Part shown: piece by piece, positions 42,309 through 52,194 of the stretch
How the letters are laid out: the number at the start of each line of letters is the position of its first letter
Position numbering within the stretch: position 1 is the stretch's first letter
Assembly (NCBI GenBank): GCA_003221005.1
Contig: QHTZ01000067.1
Span: 11,417-75,416 of the forward strand
Length of the DNA: 64,000 nucleotides
Direction: 5' to 3'
DNA from: Gemmatimonadota bacterium
GTDB lineage: Bacteria; Gemmatimonadota; Gemmatimonadetes; Gemmatimonadales; GWC2-71-9
Position numbers and translations under genes: made by a program
The notes under the pieces: model-generated
Database searches by the model: none
What the model was told of the DNA's origin: nothing
Seen by the model: the letters and a program-made list of their open reading frames with translations, nothing else

Positions 42309-43708
42309 AGCGGCGCGTCGTACTCTACAACCCAGTGGCCGCGTTCCACACCATGCCACTCGCGCTCGTCGCGATCGGCTCCCATCTCGACCGCGAGCGG
42401 TACGAGCCGCTGATCGTGGATGGGCGACTGGAGCCCGACGCAGTGGGTCGTGTGCTGCAAGCGGCTGAGGGTGCGTTGTGCGTCGGGGTCACGGTGCTCA
42501 CCGGGGAGCCGATTCGCGACGCGGTGAGGATCTCGCGCGCGGTCAAGGCACGATATCCTGATCTTCCCGTGGTCTGGGGCGGTTGGCACCCGTCGATGTT
42601 TGGCGTCCAATGCCTCGAGGAGCCAAGCGTCGACGTCACCGTGCAGGGCCAGGGCGAGGTCACGTTCCTCGAGATCGTGGATCGCCTGGCCCGCGGCGAT
42701 GCGCTCGACGGTTGTCTCGGTTGCTCCCATCGGGCGAACCACGGCGCCGTGACGCGAAACGCCTCCCGGCCGCTCGAGGACGTCAACGCCTTTCGCCCGC
42801 ACGATTACACGCTGATCGACATCGAGCGGTATTACGGGCTCAAGGGCAAGAAGCAGCTCGACTACATCGCCTCCCAGGGGTGCCGCTTCCGCTGCGCGTT
42901 CTGCGCCGATCCGTTCGTCTACCAGCGCCGCTGGGTCGGGCTCGACCCCGCCCGCGTGGGCTTCGAGATCGAGCAGTGGTGGTTCCGCTACCGCTTCACG
43001 GACGTCAACTTCCAGGACGAGACCTTCTTCACGTCGACGCCACGCGTGGTGGCAATCGCGGAGGAGTTCATCCGTCGGGGACTGCCCATCACTTGGGCCG
43101 CCACGATGCGCGCCGATCAATGTGTGCGCATGACCGATGACGCTTTCGAGGTGTGCAAACGCTCCGGACTGCGGCGGGTCCTCGTCGGCGTCGAATCTGG
43201 GTCACCAGAGATCCTCAAGCGCATCAAGAAGGACATCACGATCGAGCAGGTTCTGGAAACCGCGGCGCGCTGCCGGGCGCTGGGCCTCAGGGTGCAATTC
43301 CCGTTCATCGTTGGCTTCCCCGACGAGGACGAGGATAGCGTCTCGGCGACGCTCGCGCTTGCCAAGCGGCTGCGGGCCATGAGTCCCGACTTTGAGACGA
43401 TGATCTTCTACTTCAAGCCGTATCCCGGCTCCGCGCTGACCGAAGACGCGGTACGCCGCGGCTACGAACTGCCCCGCACGCTCGAGGCGTGGTCCACGTT
43501 CGACTACGTCGGTTCCGCGGGCCCCTGGGTCTCGCGTGAGAAGTACCGCCGCATGGAGCGATTCAAGTTCTACGAGCGGCTGGCCTGGGACCGGGTACCA
43601 GCGTGGAAGAAACCGCTCCAGAGGCTCGCGCGCTGGCGCTGCCGCCAGGATGCGTACGGGTTTCCCGTTGAGAAACTGGTACTAGGAGCGACCTCTGGAC
43701 TTCGCTGA
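42305..43708 (+). CDS. Cobalamin-dependent radical SAM protein (type B, copy 1)
   Basis: VVLYNP..MPLAL, VWGGWHPS, GQGE, QGCRFRCAFC and GVESG motifs. Confidence 0.92.
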   Translation: MKRRVVLYNPVAAFHTMPLALVAIGSHLDRERYEPLIVDGRLEPDAVGRVLQAAEGALCVGVTVLTGEPIRDAVRISRAVKARYPDLPVVWGGWHPSMFGVQCLEEPSVDVTVQGQGEVTFLEIVDRLARGDALDGCLGCSHRANHGAVTRNASRPLEDVNAFRPHDYTLIDIERYYGLKGKKQLDYIASQGCRFRCAFCADPFVYQRRWVGLDPARVGFEIEQWWFRYRFTDVNFQDETFFTSTPRVVAIAEEFIRRGLPITWAATMRADQCVRMTDDAFEVCKRSGLRRVLVGVESGSPEILKRIKKDITIEQVLETAARCRALGLRVQFPFIVGFPDEDEDSVSATLALAKRLRAMSPDFETMIFYFKPYPGSALTEDAVRRGYELPRTLEAWSTFDYVGSAGPWVSREKYRRMERFKFYERLAWDRVPAWKKPLQRLARWRCRQDAYGFPVEKLVLGATSGLR

Positions 43709-43844
43709 CCACCCCCTCCCGGGGCCCACCTGAATAGAGGGTGTTCGCGTGACTCCGCGACCTACTACCATCCGCCCACACCCACCTCCCGCCCGCAGTC
43801 TTGTCGAAATCCATTCCGCAGACGCGAGTTCAGGGTGGGCTGCC

Positions 43845-44221
43845 TTGAAGCCCGTGTAGTAGGTGAATGCGGAATACAAGAGCCCCAGGGAACTGGTAAC
43901 CACCCAGCGCCGAGCGCAATTCCCGATCCAACCAAAGCTTCTGTTTGATCCCCAGCGGCCCGGCCGCTGCGAATTGGGAGAATCCGCGCGGCGCGACACC
44001 GAGAAAGGTCTCTAGAATGCGATCGAACTTCAGGATCGGCTTTTTCGTACCGCCTCGCCCAGGCAGTACTCCACGGGGCGGGCGGGGAAGCCGGCGTCGC
44101 CCTTCTTACGGGTGAACCGCTGCTCCGACGCGGCGGCGACGATCTCGCCATCGGCCAGCAGCGCGGCGGCGCTGTCGTGATAGTACGCCGAAATCCCGAG
44201 GATTCGTACGGAGCGGGCCAA
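43845..44221 (-). pseudogene. Decayed NodU/CmcH-type O-carbamoyltransferase (N-terminal fragments)
   Basis: ILGISAYYHDSAAAL..RFTRKK..FP, then after frameshifts or deletions YEK/PILKFDRILETFLGVAPRGF and SLGLLYSAFTYYTGFK; rest of the gene absent. Confidence 0.85.
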
Positions 44222-44231
44222 CCGCAACCCC

Positions 44232-45452
44232 CTAATTGGACCGATGAAAGGGGGGGCGCTCGCGGAAGTGCGCAACCAGCACCCGCGCAAGCAACAGAGA
44301 GCCGTGATCGTTAAAGTGGACGTCGTCGTACAGCGCCGTCGTGTCAGCTGGAACCACTTTTGCCGCATCCACACAGTCGAGTCCTCGTTCGCGGCAGACC
44401 TCGAGCAGGGTCCCGTTGTACCGCGCCATCGCGCGGCTCAGCGCGCGGGTCGTGAAGTACCGCGCAGACTGACGATCCTTGCCCAACCACCCGAACCATA
44501 GCAGGCGCTCCTCCGCGTCGGACATACCGTCACGCCACGCGCTGGGCTGCGTGACGAACACGAGCCGCACGCGAGCTGCCGCCGCGAGGTCCGCCATCGC
44601 GTTGAGGTTCCGTCGGTACTCGATCAGGGGCCCCTCGAGCGGCGGGAGACTGTCGATCCACTCCTTGGTGTCGTGGCGACGGAGGCGTGCCCCCTGGAGG
44701 AAGCCCGGGCCGCCGCCCCGCCACGCGAGGCTCCGGTTCCGGGCCAACCTCACCCGTCGCGCGAGTTGCCACAGCACCGTCGCTTTGTACCAGGGAACGT
44801 TGAGAGTGCGAATCGCATCTTGAATTCCGCCGGGGACACGTGCGAACGCCCGTTTTAGCTGCTCGTTTTCCGCACCGGGCTCCGTCACGAGCGCAGGAAG
44901 GCGATATCCCCATCCTTGCTGCAGGGCGGACATCATGTCGTTTACCCCGACGAGGGAGACGACGACGTCGATATGGGGATACTGCGGCAGGAGGTACTTG
45001 AGGTGCAGCACATGATCCCGGGTATTCGCGCCGCTACGGCCGACGTTCCCGACCCACACCTGTCTCCCATCCGCCGTTCGGTCGAGATCCGTCTCGAGCA
45101 GGTGGGTCCAGACGTTGGTGTCATCCAGGACCCAACACTGCGTAGTGCTTCCCCCGACGGCGAGGATGCGGTATTCGGTGCGGTCGTCTCCGAAAGGCCG
45201 CCCCCGCACGCCGAAGCGATTGACTCGGACGTGCGACACACCTTCCACGCCGTGGATCACGTCGGGCGCCGCTGTCACCGTCCAGTCCGTGCCTGGCTCG
45301 AGCACGAAGTAGCCGCGGGAGGGCGGCAGCACCTCGCGCAGCACAAGCTCCGCCGCGGCTAGGGCCACGATGACCGACACGGCTGCCAGGGCGAGGTTGG
45401 AAAGAGCCCCAGCGATGCGAGCGCGCCAAGTCGCCGGGGAGCCTGGGAGCAC
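44232..45452 (-). CDS. Membrane-anchored SGNH/GDSL hydrolase-fold protein
   Basis: N-terminal TM; ILAVGGSTT (block I), GVND (block III) and DDVH (block V). Confidence 0.85.
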   Translation of the reverse strand: MLPGSPATWRARIAGALSNLALAAVSVIVALAAAELVLREVLPPSRGYFVLEPGTDWTVTAAPDVIHGVEGVSHVRVNRFGVRGRPFGDDRTEYRILAVGGSTTQCWVLDDTNVWTHLLETDLDRTADGRQVWVGNVGRSGANTRDHVLHLKYLLPQYPHIDVVVSLVGVNDMMSALQQGWGYRLPALVTEPGAENEQLKRAFARVPGGIQDAIRTLNVPWYKATVLWQLARRVRLARNRSLAWRGGGPGFLQGARLRRHDTKEWIDSLPPLEGPLIEYRRNLNAMADLAAAARVRLVFVTQPSAWRDGMSDAEERLLWFGWLGKDRQSARYFTTRALSRAMARYNGTLLEVCRERGLDCVDAAKVVPADTTALYDDVHFNDHGSLLLARVLVAHFRERPPFHRSN

Positions 45453-45478
45453 CGGAGCTCCGATCGTGCCGCCCAGTT

Positions 45479-46846
45479 CTACCCCACGGCCCGATTCACC
45501 GGAAGCTGTTCCGCCGAACGGTGTCCCGCTTCACGGCGTTCGAGCCCGCTCCACAGAGCATCGAACTCGCTCACCCGCGGGCCGTCTCCCGTGCGCGCAC
45601 TCACTTCCTGGTGCAGCAGGTCGCGAATCTCGCGATAGAAGTCGGTGGAGTAAGTCCCGCGGAACATCATCGCGAGATCGTCCGAGTCGGCCCAATTTGC
45701 CTTGCCCCTGAGGTCCATCCGCACCCGCTCGTAGAACGGCGTCCCCGGCAACGGATAGGCGACTGACACCCCAATATCATCGGGCGCTTCGTCCCGGATC
45801 AGATCGCGCGTCTGGAGGATCGCATTCCAATCCTCGCCGGGATACCCCAGCTGGACGAACCAGCAGGCCCGGATGCCGTGCTGCTTGAGACGTTGCGTCC
45901 CTTCGCGAATCTCGTCGACCGTGGTCCCCTTATCCATGGCCTCCAGTACATGCTGCGCCCCGGACTCGACGCCCAGCCACACCTCCTCGCAGCGCGCCTC
46001 GGCCAACGCCTCGACCGCGGTCGGCGTCATGAGGTTGACCCGGGACTGCATCGTGAACGGCAGCGCGGCGCTCCGGGACCGGACCTCTGCAGCGAACGCC
46101 TCGATCCACCGGGGCGTCAAGCCGAAGATATCGTCCGCGAACCACACGTGGTCGGGGGCCACGGCTCGCCGGAGCTGCGCGAGCTCTTCCGCCACGTTCG
46201 CCGCGCTCCGTTGCGTGTACCGCCGCCCGAAGACCGGTTTGGCACACCAGTTGCAGGCGTATGGACAGCCGCGAGACGTACAGACGTTCCAGGAGAGCCG
46301 GCCGTGCGCCGCCGTCCACGCGACGCGGTACTGCTCGACATCGATCAGATCCCACGCCGGGAACGGGAGGGCGTCCAACTCCGTGCTCGAACGACGTGCG
46401 GGCGTCCGGCGAATCGAAGACCGCGCGGCGGCGGACCCCGCAATCGCCAGTCCCGCAACCCGCGAGAGATCGGCATCGGGATCGTCGCTCCACCGGGTCG
46501 TGAGGTCGAGAAAGGTCTCCTCGGCCTCCCCCAGGATCACCGCGTCCGCGCCCACGTGCAGGTAGGCCGCCGTCTGATCGATGGCGTCCGAGCCGTTGAC
46601 CACGACCCGCGCGCCAGCCGACTTTGCCGCGCTGATCATCTCGAAGGCGGCTTCGCGCATCCGCGTCGTGCACATCTTGGTGAGGAAATTGAAATTGTCC
46701 TCGAGGATGCCGACGACCTTCGGGCGCGCGGCGTGCAACAGATCGCGGAATTCTTCCACCCCCTCCGACAGCATCGCGTCGAAGAACGTGAAGTGGCGGC
46801 GCTCGCGTCGCAGCAGCGCCGCCGCGATGAGCGTCGAAAGGCTCAC
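45479..46846 (-). CDS. Cobalamin-dependent radical SAM protein (type A, copy 2), N-terminus apparently shortened by about 25 aa
   Basis: RGCPYACNWC, FADD and GVESG motifs; GTG at 46846 overlaps the upstream stop; lacks the PYPPL segment present in paralog 39268..40653. Confidence 0.88.
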   Translation of the reverse strand: MSLSTLIAAALLRRERRHFTFFDAMLSEGVEEFRDLLHAARPKVVGILEDNFNFLTKMCTTRMREAAFEMISAAKSAGARVVVNGSDAIDQTAAYLHVGADAVILGEAEETFLDLTTRWSDDPDADLSRVAGLAIAGSAAARSSIRRTPARRSSTELDALPFPAWDLIDVEQYRVAWTAAHGRLSWNVCTSRGCPYACNWCAKPVFGRRYTQRSAANVAEELAQLRRAVAPDHVWFADDIFGLTPRWIEAFAAEVRSRSAALPFTMQSRVNLMTPTAVEALAEARCEEVWLGVESGAQHVLEAMDKGTTVDEIREGTQRLKQHGIRACWFVQLGYPGEDWNAILQTRDLIRDEAPDDIGVSVAYPLPGTPFYERVRMDLRGKANWADSDDLAMMFRGTYSTDFYREIRDLLHQEVSARTGDGPRVSEFDALWSGLERREAGHRSAEQLPVNRAVG

Positions 46847-47910
46847 CTGGGCCTCGCGGCGCCGGGCCGGGACACCAGGTCCGTCAGCAACCCAACCGCA
46901 CCCGTGAGGTCCGCGGCGCCCGACAGACGGTAGCCACCGCTCCGGGACCAATGCGCGGCGATGTGGTCAGGCGTCCCGAACCGGTGCTCCTGCGGGATCG
47001 CACCGTGCCGGAAGTCTTCGAGGAACGTATCAGGGGCCAGGGGCTCGAGGCGCGCGCGGCTCCCATTTCGGGGACCCAGCAGCACGGTGGCGACGCGCCG
47101 GGCGCGGCGCACCGCGGGTGTGGACGAAGGGAAGAGATCGAGCCGATACTTAGCGTCCGCTCCACTGCCCGCCGCCGTGGCCGCGTCTTCGAGGGCGAGG
47201 AGTCGCGCTGCATCGGGGCGCAACGTCACGTCGCGTACGGCGGAAAGGATGTCGTCCGGGTCGCTCCGGGCAGCCAGCACGCTTTCGTCCCCCAGCACTC
47301 CCAGACCCGACCGATACGCGGCAGCGACCAGGGTGGACTTGCCCGCGCCGGCCGCACCTCGAATCACCACGGCTCCCACCGGCCCGCTCACCGCACCGGC
47401 ATGCAGCACGCAGTACCCGCGCCGAGCGAGCAGGGCCGCCGCGGGTGTCTCCAAGAGCAACCGCGCGACGAGCGAGAACTCATGCGTCACCAGTCGTGCG
47501 GAGACTCGGCCGATCAAGTACCCAGCGGCGCAGTCGATGCGAGCCCACAGGTGGTCGCCGAGGGAGAGCTCTGCGTGGTCGGTGCCGACGCCCCACCGCT
47601 CCGTGAGGGCCGCTGAAGGGCGAGCGCCATCGCTCTCCCCCTGCACGTCGATCGCAAACGCGATCGGCACCTCCGTGCGCCCAGTTGACCGCAGGCCGGG
47701 CCGGACGCGATCCCAGAGACGATCCGCCAACTCAAGGATCCGGGCGTCATTGGTCCGGATCCGGATCGCGTCACGGGGAACCACGTACCATGCTTCGCGG
47801 CGCAATCCGCCGTTCCAGCGGGACGACGTGGCCAACCTCCATTCCGTGAGAAAGTCGAACGACGGGATGCTTCGGACCCACGAAAGACAGCAAGCTAACG
47901 GACTCGCCAA
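46843..47910 (-). CDS. HPr-kinase-like P-loop phosphotransferase (start uncertain, 47784-47910)
   Basis: LHAGAV, GAAGAGKST (Walker A) and LGDE motifs, the HprK/PEPCK-type signature. Confidence 0.8.
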   Translation of the reverse strand: MASPLACCLSWVRSIPSFDFLTEWRLATSSRWNGGLRREAWYVVPRDAIRIRTNDARILELADRLWDRVRPGLRSTGRTEVPIAFAIDVQGESDGARPSAALTERWGVGTDHAELSLGDHLWARIDCAAGYLIGRVSARLVTHEFSLVARLLLETPAAALLARRGYCVLHAGAVSGPVGAVVIRGAAGAGKSTLVAAAYRSGLGVLGDESVLAARSDPDDILSAVRDVTLRPDAARLLALEDAATAAGSGADAKYRLDLFPSSTPAVRRARRVATVLLGPRNGSRARLEPLAPDTFLEDFRHGAIPQEHRFGTPDHIAAHWSRSGGYRLSGAADLTGAVGLLTDLVSRPGAARPR

Positions 47911-47953
47911 CGCCCCGACACCCCCCGGCCACGCGTCCTCCCGTCGCGCCCGA

Positions 47954-47982
47954 TTGACCGCCGGATTGCAACGTGTCAGCGT
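47954..47982 (+). promoter_or_regulatory. Putative leaderless promoter of the GT4-GNAT-deacetylase-GT4 operon
   Basis: TTGACC (47954-59), 17 bp, CAGCGT (47977-82), 7 nt, ATG 47990. Confidence 0.5.
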
Positions 47983-47989
47983 TCTGCGC

Positions 47990-49105
47990 ATGGTACTCGT
48001 CGATGGCCACGGGCCCCGGGTCGCTTGGGTGGGAGTACATCTCGATCCGCTGGGTCGCGGCGCCGACGCGCTGCTTGCGGGGGGCTGGCGCGGGTTCGGC
48101 CGCGCCGCGGCGGCGGCCCACCGCGCCGGGGCGCGCGTGGCGATCGTTCAGGCGGCCTGGGAGACTGCCGAACGGGAGATCGAAGGTGTGCCCTGTTACT
48201 TCGTCCGCCCACGACGGCTGCTCGAGCGCGTCGCGGCCCACGCCCCCGACCTGATCCATTTTGAGGGGCTACGCTTTCCCCGCAAGCTGCGTGCGCTCGC
48301 CGCGGCGCTTCCAGGCGTCCCCATCCTCGCGCAGGACCACGGCACAACGTGCCCGCGGGGCTGGCGGCGCTGGTGGTACCGCTGGGGGTTCGCTCCGCTC
48401 GCCGGCGTCGCGTTCACAGCGCAGTCGCAAGCCGTGCCCTTCTTCTCCGCCAGCGTTCTTCGCGTGAATCTCCCGATCTTCGAGGTGATCGGGATATCGA
48501 GCCCGTTCACGCCCGGCGACCACGGGGCGGCTCGCGTGGAGGCGGGACTGGACGGCGACCCATGTCTCCTCTGCGCGGGGAACCTCGAGCCAAACAAGGA
48601 TCCGCTCACGGTGCTTGCCGCTGTGTCGCGTGCGGCGTCTGAGTTCCCTGGCCTGCGGCTGTACATGTGCTTCCGCAACGCGCCCCTGCTCGGCGCCGTC
48701 CAAGCACGCGTGGCGGGCGATCCGGCCCTCGCTGATCGGGTACGGTTACTGGGCGAGGTGCCCTACCCCGAGATCGAAACGTATTTCCGGGCCGCGGACT
48801 TCCTCATTCAGGCGAGTCACATCGAAGCGAGCGGCGGAGCCGTCATCGAGGCGCTTGCCTGTGGGACGACACCGCTCGTCACCGATATCCCGTCATTCCG
48901 GCGGATCACCGGCGACGGGGAGTTCGGTGCACTCGTTCCCGTTGAGGACGCGGTGGCGTTCGCCGCCGCGATCCGCGACTGGAGCCGGAGGGACGGCGGC
49001 ACGCTCCGCAGGCGGGCACGCGAGCACTTCGAGCGGGATTTGTCCTTCGACGCGATCGGGGGCCAGCTGCGCGCGGCCTATGAGGCGGTCCTCGCCCGAC
49101 GATGA
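47990..49105 (+). CDS. GT4 glycosyltransferase
   Basis: GNLEPNKDP and EASGGAVIEALACG motifs. Confidence 0.88.
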   Translation: MVLVDGHGPRVAWVGVHLDPLGRGADALLAGGWRGFGRAAAAAHRAGARVAIVQAAWETAEREIEGVPCYFVRPRRLLERVAAHAPDLIHFEGLRFPRKLRALAAALPGVPILAQDHGTTCPRGWRRWWYRWGFAPLAGVAFTAQSQAVPFFSASVLRVNLPIFEVIGISSPFTPGDHGAARVEAGLDGDPCLLCAGNLEPNKDPLTVLAAVSRAASEFPGLRLYMCFRNAPLLGAVQARVAGDPALADRVRLLGEVPYPEIETYFRAADFLIQASHIEASGGAVIEALACGTTPLVTDIPSFRRITGDGEFGALVPVEDAVAFAAAIRDWSRRDGGTLRRRAREHFERDLSFDAIGGQLRAAYEAVLARR

Positions 49106-50157
49106 ACGCGCCGACCTGGCATGTCCGGCCGTACCGGCTGGGAGATGAGCGTGCGCTCGTCGCGCTGTGGGCCGAGGCGTTCAACCGGCCGATGACCGAA
49201 GCGCACTGGCGCTGGAAGGTGAAGGGAAGGCCCACGCCGGTAGAAAACGTCGGTATCGCCGTCGCGGCCGACGACCGACCGATCTTTCAGTTCGTGGGGA
49301 TCCCCTGCCCCGCCGTCGTGCTAGGGGCGCCGCGCACGGTGATGGTCGGGGCGGACGTCGTGACCGCCCGGGAGTTCAGACGCCGCGGCGTGTTCACGAC
49401 CGCTGCGCACCGCTTGTTCGACAGCTGGCGCGAGGCGGGCATAGCGCTGGTCCTCGGCCTGGCGAACGATCGCTGGGGCTCGCGCGCCGAAGCACTCGGC
49501 TACGAGCGCTACTTCGAGTTGCGCTGGCGGATCCGGTTCTTGCGGCCGGAGCGCATACTGGCCCGCAAGGCCCACCTCCCGGCGCTCGCCCGCCTGCGCG
49601 GACTCGGCAATCTGTGGAACCGCGCGTGGGATCTGGTGCCGCCAGGCGCGGGCGGAATTACCGTCCGGCCCCTCGTCTCCGCGGCGCCCGACATCGACAC
49701 GATCTGGGAGCGCGGGGCGAGGCACGTGGCGACCTCCCTCGTGCGCGACCGCCCCTGGGTGGAGTGGCGCTACTGCAATCCGCCGGACGGCGACTACCGT
49801 CTCACGCTAGCAGAGCGCGCGGGCTCGCCCGTCGGGTATGCGGCCTGTCGCGTGGTACAGATGGACGGCCGAACTTCCGTCCGCCTGGCCGAGATCTTCG
49901 CGCCCGGCGACCCGATGGCGCTACGCGCGCTCGTGCGGGACGTGGTCACGCGCGCTGCGGTCGAGGACGCCGACGTCGTGGTCACCCTTGCCGTTCCTGG
50001 GAGCCACATGGATCGCGAGTTACGGCGCGCCGGGTTTCTCTTTTGTCCCGGCGCGTATCGGTTGGAGGCGATCCGGCTGGACCCCACCATCCCTCCGGCG
50101 CTGCTGCGGGACCCGCGGGGGTGGTGGCTCGCTGGCGGCGACTTTGATGTCGTTTAG
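49102..50157 (+). CDS. GNAT-family N-acyltransferase (tandem GNAT fold)
   Basis: VRPYRLGDE, EFRRRGVF (motif A), RDRPWVEWRY and C-terminal GDFD. Confidence 0.8.
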   Translation: MNAPTWHVRPYRLGDERALVALWAEAFNRPMTEAHWRWKVKGRPTPVENVGIAVAADDRPIFQFVGIPCPAVVLGAPRTVMVGADVVTAREFRRRGVFTTAAHRLFDSWREAGIALVLGLANDRWGSRAEALGYERYFELRWRIRFLRPERILARKAHLPALARLRGLGNLWNRAWDLVPPGAGGITVRPLVSAAPDIDTIWERGARHVATSLVRDRPWVEWRYCNPPDGDYRLTLAERAGSPVGYAACRVVQMDGRTSVRLAEIFAPGDPMALRALVRDVVTRAAVEDADVVVTLAVPGSHMDRELRRAGFLFCPGAYRLEAIRLDPTIPPALLRDPRGWWLAGGDFDVV

Positions 50158-51031
50158 GCTCAAGCGGGCCGTCCTGGCGAGCGCGACGGCGGTTTGGTCC
50201 GGCGCCGCGCGGGCGGCCGGGCTGTGCGCGAGCGGACGGCCGGACCTCTGGCACTCCCCCGGCGGACAACGGGTGCTGGTGGTGGCACCCCACCCCGACG
50301 ACGAGATCGCGTGTGCCGGCACCCTGCTCCTCCACCGACGGGCCGGCGACGTGCTGCATGTGGCACACGCCACCGACGGTTGCGCCGCTCGGGCCGGAGG
50401 TCTCACACGGGGCGAGATGCACGACCGCCGGCGAGAAGAGGCTCGGGTGGCCGCTGACTTGCTCGGTGTCGCCGGGGCGCACTGGCTCGGCCTGCGCGAG
50501 GGCGACTGGGAGGAGGCGGCGCTCGTGCCCGCACTGCGCGACCTGGTGCGGCAGACGGCACCGCACGTCCTCTACGCCCCCTCGCGCGTCGACTTCCACC
50601 CCGAGCACGTCCGCGTCGCCAGGGGTCTCGCCGCCGCCCTGTCGGGCGACGGAGCGCTCGGGTGCACGATCCGCGTGTACGAGGTGCAGGTGCCGCTTAC
50701 GCCCGTGCTGGTCAACTTCGTGACGCCGATCGGCGCTGTGGTTGACGAGCTCATTGGGGCTATGGAGTGCTACCCGACCCAGCTCGGGAGCATCGAGCGG
50801 CTGCTGCGCATGAAGCGTTATGCCGCGTCGTTCTACGGGTTGTCGCAGCTGGCGGAGGAGTTCTGGCAGATGGATCCGGCGGCGTACCGGCGCGCGCACG
50901 CGGCGCGGGCCGCGCCCGAGGCAGACGGCGCATTCCGGGGCGTGCGGGCGCGACCGTTCACCGATCCGCTCTCATATCTCCGAGGGCTGGGCGCGAGACG
51001 GCAGCTGCGGGACGTGTCGCAGGGTCCGTGA
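50147..51031 (+). CDS. PIG-L/LmbE family N-deacetylase
   Basis: VVAPHPDDE, TDG, RREEA and HPEH motifs. Confidence 0.88.
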   Translation: MSFRLKRAVLASATAVWSGAARAAGLCASGRPDLWHSPGGQRVLVVAPHPDDEIACAGTLLLHRRAGDVLHVAHATDGCAARAGGLTRGEMHDRRREEARVAADLLGVAGAHWLGLREGDWEEAALVPALRDLVRQTAPHVLYAPSRVDFHPEHVRVARGLAAALSGDGALGCTIRVYEVQVPLTPVLVNFVTPIGAVVDELIGAMECYPTQLGSIERLLRMKRYAASFYGLSQLAEEFWQMDPAAYRRAHAARAAPEADGAFRGVRARPFTDPLSYLRGLGARRQLRDVSQGP

Positions 51032-52155
51032 AGCTCGGGCTCGTGGTCCCGGGTGGCGTGGCGCGCACGTCGGAGGACGGTCGGATCCCGTGCCTGCACT
51101 GGCTCATCGAGCGGCTCGCACGGCGCCATGAGGTCCACGTCTACTCCCTCCGTGGCGCGCCGCGGCCAGACCGCTATTCCTTCCTTGGGGCGACCGTTCA
51201 TCACGCCGGTGTGCGCCCGCTGAGTCTGCGGACGCTCGCGGCGATCGTGGCGGAGCACGGCCGGAGGCCGTTCGACCTGCTGCACGCGTTCTGGGTCACG
51301 CCGCCGGGAGTCATCGCCGCGTGGGCGGGCACGATGATTCGGCGCCCTGTGTTGCTCCACGTCGGGGGGAACGAGGTGGTCGCGCTGCCTGAGATTCGCT
51401 ACGGCGGCCTGTCCACGCGGCGTGGCCGGTTCTGGGTTCGCGTCGGCCTAGCGGGCGCGACCCGGATCACGGCCGCGAGCCAGCCGATGCTCGACGTCAT
51501 CCGGGCGCGGGGGCACACGGCCGAGCGGGTGCCGCTGGGCGTCGCGCTCGAGCGGTGGTGCGTCGCGGCGCCGCGGCCGCGCCGTGCGGGAGCGACGGCG
51601 CGCCTCGTCCACGTGGCGGACCTCAATCTGGTGAAGGATCAAACCACGCTGCTCGAAGCGGCGCGACGCCTCGCCGAGCGCGGCGTCGTCTTCCAGCTTG
51701 ACATCGCGGGCCGGGACACCCTTGGGGGCGCGGTCGCCAACCTCGCCCGGCAGTGTGGCGTTGGTGACCACGTACGCTTCCACGGGCATCTGCCGCACGA
51801 ACGTCTTCACGCGCTCGTGACGGAAGCCGATCTGTTGTGGCTGTCGTCACGACACGAGGCGGGGCCGCTCGTGGTTCTCGAGGCGGCGGTTGTGGGCGTC
51901 CCTACGGTGGGGACAGCGGTGGGCCACGTGGCGGAGTGGGCGCCCGAGGCTGCAGTAGCAGTTCCCGTGTGTGATCCTGAGGCACTCGCCCGGGAGACGG
52001 TGAGACTGTTAGGAGACGAGGCGCGACGGCTGTCGCTGGCGCGCGAAGCCCAGCGCCGGGCGCTCGCGTGCGATGCCGATTGGACCGCCTGCCGCTTCGA
52101 GTCGCTGTACGACAAGATCGTCAACGGAGCCAGACCGAACGGTCGCGATCGATGA
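51028..52155 (+). CDS. GT4 glycosyltransferase
   Basis: LVVPGGV, LNLVKDQ and HEAGPLVVLEAA motifs. Confidence 0.88.
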   Translation: MKLGLVVPGGVARTSEDGRIPCLHWLIERLARRHEVHVYSLRGAPRPDRYSFLGATVHHAGVRPLSLRTLAAIVAEHGRRPFDLLHAFWVTPPGVIAAWAGTMIRRPVLLHVGGNEVVALPEIRYGGLSTRRGRFWVRVGLAGATRITAASQPMLDVIRARGHTAERVPLGVALERWCVAAPRPRRAGATARLVHVADLNLVKDQTTLLEAARRLAERGVVFQLDIAGRDTLGGAVANLARQCGVGDHVRFHGHLPHERLHALVTEADLLWLSSRHEAGPLVVLEAAVVGVPTVGTAVGHVAEWAPEAAVAVPVCDPEALARETVRLLGDEARRLSLAREAQRRALACDADWTACRFESLYDKIVNGARPNGRDR

Positions 52156-52194
52156 GATCGCCCGTGCGCAGGATTTCGTCTCGGTAGCAATCAG

